The position numbers and the translations under genes are program-made. Of a DNA stretch of 64,000 nucleotides, positions 59,404 to 64,000 are shown one piece after another. Source of the stretch: Squalus acanthias. Taxonomy: Eukaryota. Location of the stretch: the NCBI GenBank assembly GCA_030390025.1, contig CM059431.1, positions 142,788,001 through 142,852,000 of the forward strand. The letters are read 5' to 3'. Numbering within the stretch: the stretch's first letter is position 1; each line of letters begins with the position of its first letter. A model generated the notes under the pieces. The model was not told where the DNA came from. It saw only the letters and a program-made list of their open reading frames with translations, and ran no database searches.

Positions 59404-61627
59404 TCCTTTACTGTGACATTGGCAGCACCCTTTTCCTTTGTGAAGACAGATGCAAATTATTAATTTACTACCTCAGCCATGCCCTTCGGCTCTACAAAAA
59501 GATCTTTTTGTTTTTTAATCAGCTCCACCCTTCGTTTGATTAACCTTTTACTATTTAAATATTTATAAATGACTATAATATTCCCCTTTTATGTTAACTG
59601 ATGATATTTTCTCATACAATCTCTTAGGCCCTCGTATTTCCAGGTTCAGTTCTCCTCTGCACTTTCTGTATACTTCTTGATTCTCTCTATTGTATTATGA
59701 ATATGACATTTATTATAAGCCAACTTTTTCTGTTTAATTTTAAACTCTATATCTTTAGTCATCCAGGGAGCTCTAGCTTTGGATGCCCTTCTTTCCCCCT
59801 CATAGGAACGTGCCTGGTCTGTACCTGTGATATCTCCTGTTTGAAGGCCTCCTATTACTCATTTACGCTTTGATCTGCCAATCTTTGTTTCGAATTCAAC
59901 TGATCCGTTTAAAGCTCACTGAATTAAGCCCTCTTTCAGTTGAGCATCTTCACCTTAGATTGTTCATTGTCCCTTTGCATTACTACTCGAAACCTAATGA
60001 TACTGTGATCGCTGTTCCCCAAATGCTGTCCCACTGAAACGTGCTCCACTTTCCCACTTCACTCCCCATAACTAGATCGAGCACTGCTTCCTTCCTTGTT
60101 TGGCTGGAAATGTATTAATCAAGAATGATCACCTCTAAACATTTCAGGAATTCCATCCCTCCTTGGCATTTACTCTGTTTCCCCCAGTCTGCTGTCACCC
60201 TCTCCAGCCCCACTATTCTTTCTTCCTCATTCCCCCTGAACTCATTGTATCCAGGAGTGTTAAGTTCTAATTCCTCTCCTTGTTTGAACCAGGTCTCCAT
60301 CTTGCTATTATATCATAACCCATATGCCTGCAGCTTAACAACATTATTGGTCACGTCCCGTGCATTGATGCATATGCATTCTAGACACGCCTCAGTCTGT
60401 TTTGCATATCTCCCCTGTCTGATTCCTCGTCTTTCTGACTGTTCGATACTCTAGCTCTATTTGTGTCTCGCAATGCTCGATACACCTTGTTTGTGCTCTC
60501 TAATTCCTCATCCTGGTTCCCATCCCCCTACCAAATTAGTTTAAACGCTCCCATTCATGGCCAATAGTTGCACAGAACATTGCTGAGGCCACAACGGACT
60601 CATCAGGATTGAAACCCCTAACATCAGAATGGACGAATAATGGGGAGTGGGGTCAGAGCAGGGCAGAACGGATCATAATAGGATCGAGGACCTTCCATTA
60701 TAAAGCAGTCACAGAGCTGAATTTATCAACTTACAGGAAAAAAAAAGAGACGAGGGGAACATGATTCGGGCCTTATGAATGCTTGAAACTTTAAAGCAAT
60801 CGAACTGTAAATAAAACTGTGGACCTTGGACCGTAAGCACTAAACCAGAGACATGATACAAGCCTCAGACGAGACCAATGGTTACCCGCAATTTACATTG
60901 AATTGAATGTGTAGCAACCCGTCCAGTATCGAAAGCATTAATGTGTCCAAAAAATTGGTGTTAATTGAATAAAACTGTGAATTATCGAAATAAGTATAGA
61001 GTAAAAAAATACTGAAGGGAGCACAGTGTTGCTACAGCAGAAGCAATAAGTAGAAATAATCCAACCACAGTTAATTAGTGGAGATGTCAATGAGCAGATA
61101 TTCAGGATTCCCCTTGATAGCATTTGATGGAGTCAGACAGCTGTGTTCAGATTAATGTGGGGAGATTGAGGTGTGGAGATTAAACACATGAAGTACAGTC
61201 CCTGGTTGGGTGGGGTCTACATGGTCTAAGCGGGAGCAGGCCTTCTAGGTAAAATGGCCTGATATATTCCCATGGAAAAGGAATTTATCCCACCGCTTCT
61301 CTAAATCCCTGCACGAATCATTGAAACTTCATGGACCTCAGAGTATCTGCATTTCCTGAGAAGGATTCAAATTCTTGTGTGTGAATATTTAGAACCTGCT
61401 GCGCAATATTCTGCTGAACAGCATCATTCATCCTTGTCAAACAGACTGGCGAAGTTAGTGTCAACAGATTAACCAATCGGTAACTAATATACACTTCAAT
61501 TAAATTAATTACCGTGCTCCTGCTGTTGAACGGAATCAAAAGTATCGAATTGAATAAACAGGGTGAGTATGGGGTGAAATTGATCTTTCACTCCGCTCCT
61601 CAATAAATTCATTATTATTCTTTACAG

Positions 61628-61799
61628 AAAGTCACTGAGCTGGCGGAGAAGGGAAACCGGGCGGACAGTTCCAAACTTCTCCTAAATCTGGTGATGGAGA
61701 AAGGATCTCGGGCCCGAAGGACGATGTGGGAATCCTTTGTGAATATGCGTCATGGGGTGCCAAAGTTGGACAAAATACTGATAGAAATACAGGAACTTG
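61628..61799 (+). CDS. Plus-strand NLR exon, second half of the CARD-like domain
   Basis: 172 bp, TTTACAG acceptor and GTACGG donor; KVTELAEKGNRADSSKLLLNLVMEKGSRARRTMWESFVNMRHGVPKLDKILIEIQEL. Confidence 0.92.
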
Positions 61800-61901
61800 G
61801 TACGGTAAAATCACACTGAATTCAACTTCACATCTAAAATTACATATTTTACTAAAGCAGTGCACAGATTTGCTTTCATGAAAACTAATTTATTTAAACA
61901 G

Positions 61902-61967
61902 GTTTCTTTCGATTTAATTACATGAAAGCCACAGAATGTTTATCCGAAGTTCCCAGTCAGCTGAAAG
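61902..61967 (+). CDS. Plus-strand NLR linker exon (GFFRFNYMKATECLSEVPSQLK)
   Basis: 66 bp, AAACAG acceptor and GTAGGT donor, phase 1/1. Confidence 0.85.
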
Positions 61968-62257
61968 GTAGGTGAGGGGCTGAAGATTTCAAACAGATTA
62001 TCTCAGTTGACTAACCTTTTGGTCACCTGTTCTAATATCTCTTTATTTGGCTTGGTTATTCATTTTTATTTGATTTCGCTCCTGTCAAAACTCTTGGGAC
62101 GTTATTACTACTTTACAGGGGCTACATCAATTCAGGTTCTTGATGTTAATCCCCTTTTTACCTTCACAATAACATTTACATTTCCCTGTGACATGTTGAA
62201 TGGAACTATATATAATTTCCCAAGAGCCCGCCCAAGACTTGATCAAATAATTGGGGA

Positions 62258-62384
62258 ACATCAGTACATTGTGAGCCTGTCCCCCTCTCAGTGCTGCCCA
62301 ATCAGTACATTGTGAGCCTGTCCCCCTCTCAGTGCTGCCCAATCAGTATATTGTGAGCCTGTCCTTCTCTCAGTTCTGCCCAAT
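62258..62384. repeat. 40-bp tandem repeat, 3 copies
   Basis: ATCAGTACATTGTGAGCCTGTCCCCCTCTCAGTGCTGCCC.. occurs three times. Confidence 0.9.
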
Positions 62385-62804
62385 TCCCGATTTGGTATTT
62401 GGACAAAAACTCAGCTCTGCTGGGTGAGGGGTTCAATCATTTATCCATTATAAACACCACAGCCATATAACCAGAATCACCTGTGGATTTGTAATGAGAT
62501 GTCTGCAGTACATTGTGCGACTGATAGTATTCACCATCAGAAGGAACATTTCACCTTCACCCAGCTTGCCATGTTAATTAACTATTAATGTCCCATGTAG
62601 ATTTGAAACTGCTCTCAGAAATTTCCTGTCAAACAAAGTTCTCATGAAATGTTTTGGGTTTGGTTTTCTAACTGTCAACGATTACAATTTCTAAATTTCG
62701 AAATAGTTCGTGTTATATTTTGCTGAAAAGCAGTGCAGTATATCGGACCTTTCTTTGACAATATAATTAACATTGAAACCACTTTCTGTCTGTTCTAATT
62801 GAAG

Positions 62805-64000
62805 ATATTCAACAGAAACACAAGGAAACACTACGGGAACAAACAGAAACACTGAGAGTGAAAACTATCCTAATAAAGGAGCAGGTTAAGGTTTTCCAGG
62901 TGGTTGATCGATACGCTGAGCTAACGGTCATTTCTGCTGTTCGAGATCGGACCCTTGTAGAACATGAACTGCTGGCAAGAGGCCGAAGCCATGAAGAGTG
63001 GAGAGAGAAACATCCCCGGAGAGAACTGGAAAAAATCCGAACTGATCAATTGTTCCAGAGCAGTTTTTCCCGGAGAAAATCCCATTCTGGGAGTTCATCA
63101 GCTGTGAGCAGAGTCCCGGGGATTGAAAAAACAACGATGGTGCAAAAGATTGTTCATGACTGGGCCACTGGGAAAATATACCCACACTTTCAATTTGTTT
63201 TCAGCTTTAAATTCCGGGATATGAACGCTATTAACTGTAGAATAAACCTGAGGAATCTGATACTGGATCAGTATCCTTACTTTGGGAATATTCTGGGAGA
63301 GCTCTGGAAGAACCCAGAAGGATTGCTGTTCATATTCGATGGTTTGGATGAATTCAAGGACAGGATCGATTTTGCTGACAATCGGAGAAATACAGAACCT
63401 CAGCACATGTGTACAGATCCCGAATGCTGGTGTGAAGTGTCTGACATTGTGTACAGTTTAATACAGCACAAGCTGCTCCCAGGATGTTCAGTGCTAGTGA
63501 CCAGCCGCCCCACTGCATTACATTTATTGGAAAAGGCTGAGATCAGTGTCTGGGCTGAAATCCTGGGATTTGTTGGTACAGAACGGAAGGAATATTTCAA
63601 CAAGTTTTTTGAAGATCAGACGGTGGCAGCAGCTGTTTTCAAACACGTGGAGGAGAACGAGATCCTGTACACCATGTGCTACAACCCTTCCTACTGCTGG
63701 ATCCTCGGGCTGTCACTGGGCCCCTTCTTTACACAAAGAGACAGGAATCAGCAGCGAGTTCCCAAGACCATCACCCAACTATATTCCTACTATATCTACA
63801 ACATTCTGAAAAACCATGGCCGAGAGATTCAAAGCCCCCGAGATGTGTTACTGAAGCTTGGTGAGATGGCCTTCACAGGAGTCTCCGAGAAGAAGATTGT
63901 GTTTAGAAATGGAGATTTGATCAAGTATAATCTGCAACCTTCCCAGTTCCTGTCTGGGTTCATGATGGAACTTTTGGAGAGAGATGATTCTGCCCAGAGC
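62805..64000 (+). CDS. Plus-strand NLR, large NACHT exon (NLRC3/NLRP-like), open to the window end
   Basis: Manually translated with no stops from 62807: FISNA-like RYAELTVI, Walker A site RVPGIEKTT, DWATG, FQFVFSFKFR, Walker B LLFIFDGLDEF, VLVTSRP, EILGF, CYNPSYCWI, PKTITQLY, LGEMAF; absent from the ORF track, probably because it has no stop in the window. Confidence 0.96.

Larger units (their letters stand above)
57255..60550 (-). mobile_element. Decayed CR1 LINE split by a Penelope insertion
   Basis: CR1 motifs on both sides (RNALPEK, NYRPVGL, ETWF); sequence resumes after the duplicated TCCTTTACTGT. Confidence 0.8.

Overview
Eukaryotic, repeat-rich vertebrate DNA. The CR1/L2 LINEs, V-SINE, Penelope element and NLR type point to a cartilaginous fish (inference). 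The host genes are two paralogous CARD-like/NACHT (NLRC3/NLRP-like) immune receptor genes pointing away from each other in the arms of an old inverted duplication. The minus-strand copy has exons at 2.6-7.2 kb, and its NACHT exon would lie before the window. The plus-strand copy has its ATG at 53784, and its NACHT exon is open from 62805 to the window end; its Walker A motif has lost both key glycines (RVPGIEKT). The ~28 kb spacer holds two unrelated CpG-island promoters facing outward, a two-gene Harbinger transposon fused to a deleted relative, and a very young Gypsy LTR retrotransposon. The Gypsy element has identical 183-bp LTRs and a 5-bp TSD but no tRNA primer site; instead it has a 12-nt site complementary to its own LTR. 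It sits in a ~7 kb 22-bp minisatellite with higher-order structure. The rest is decayed CR1/L2 LINEs, SINEs, a Penelope fragment with a minimal hammerhead ribozyme, and several minisatellites. TE boundaries are approximate unless a TSD or LTR end is given.
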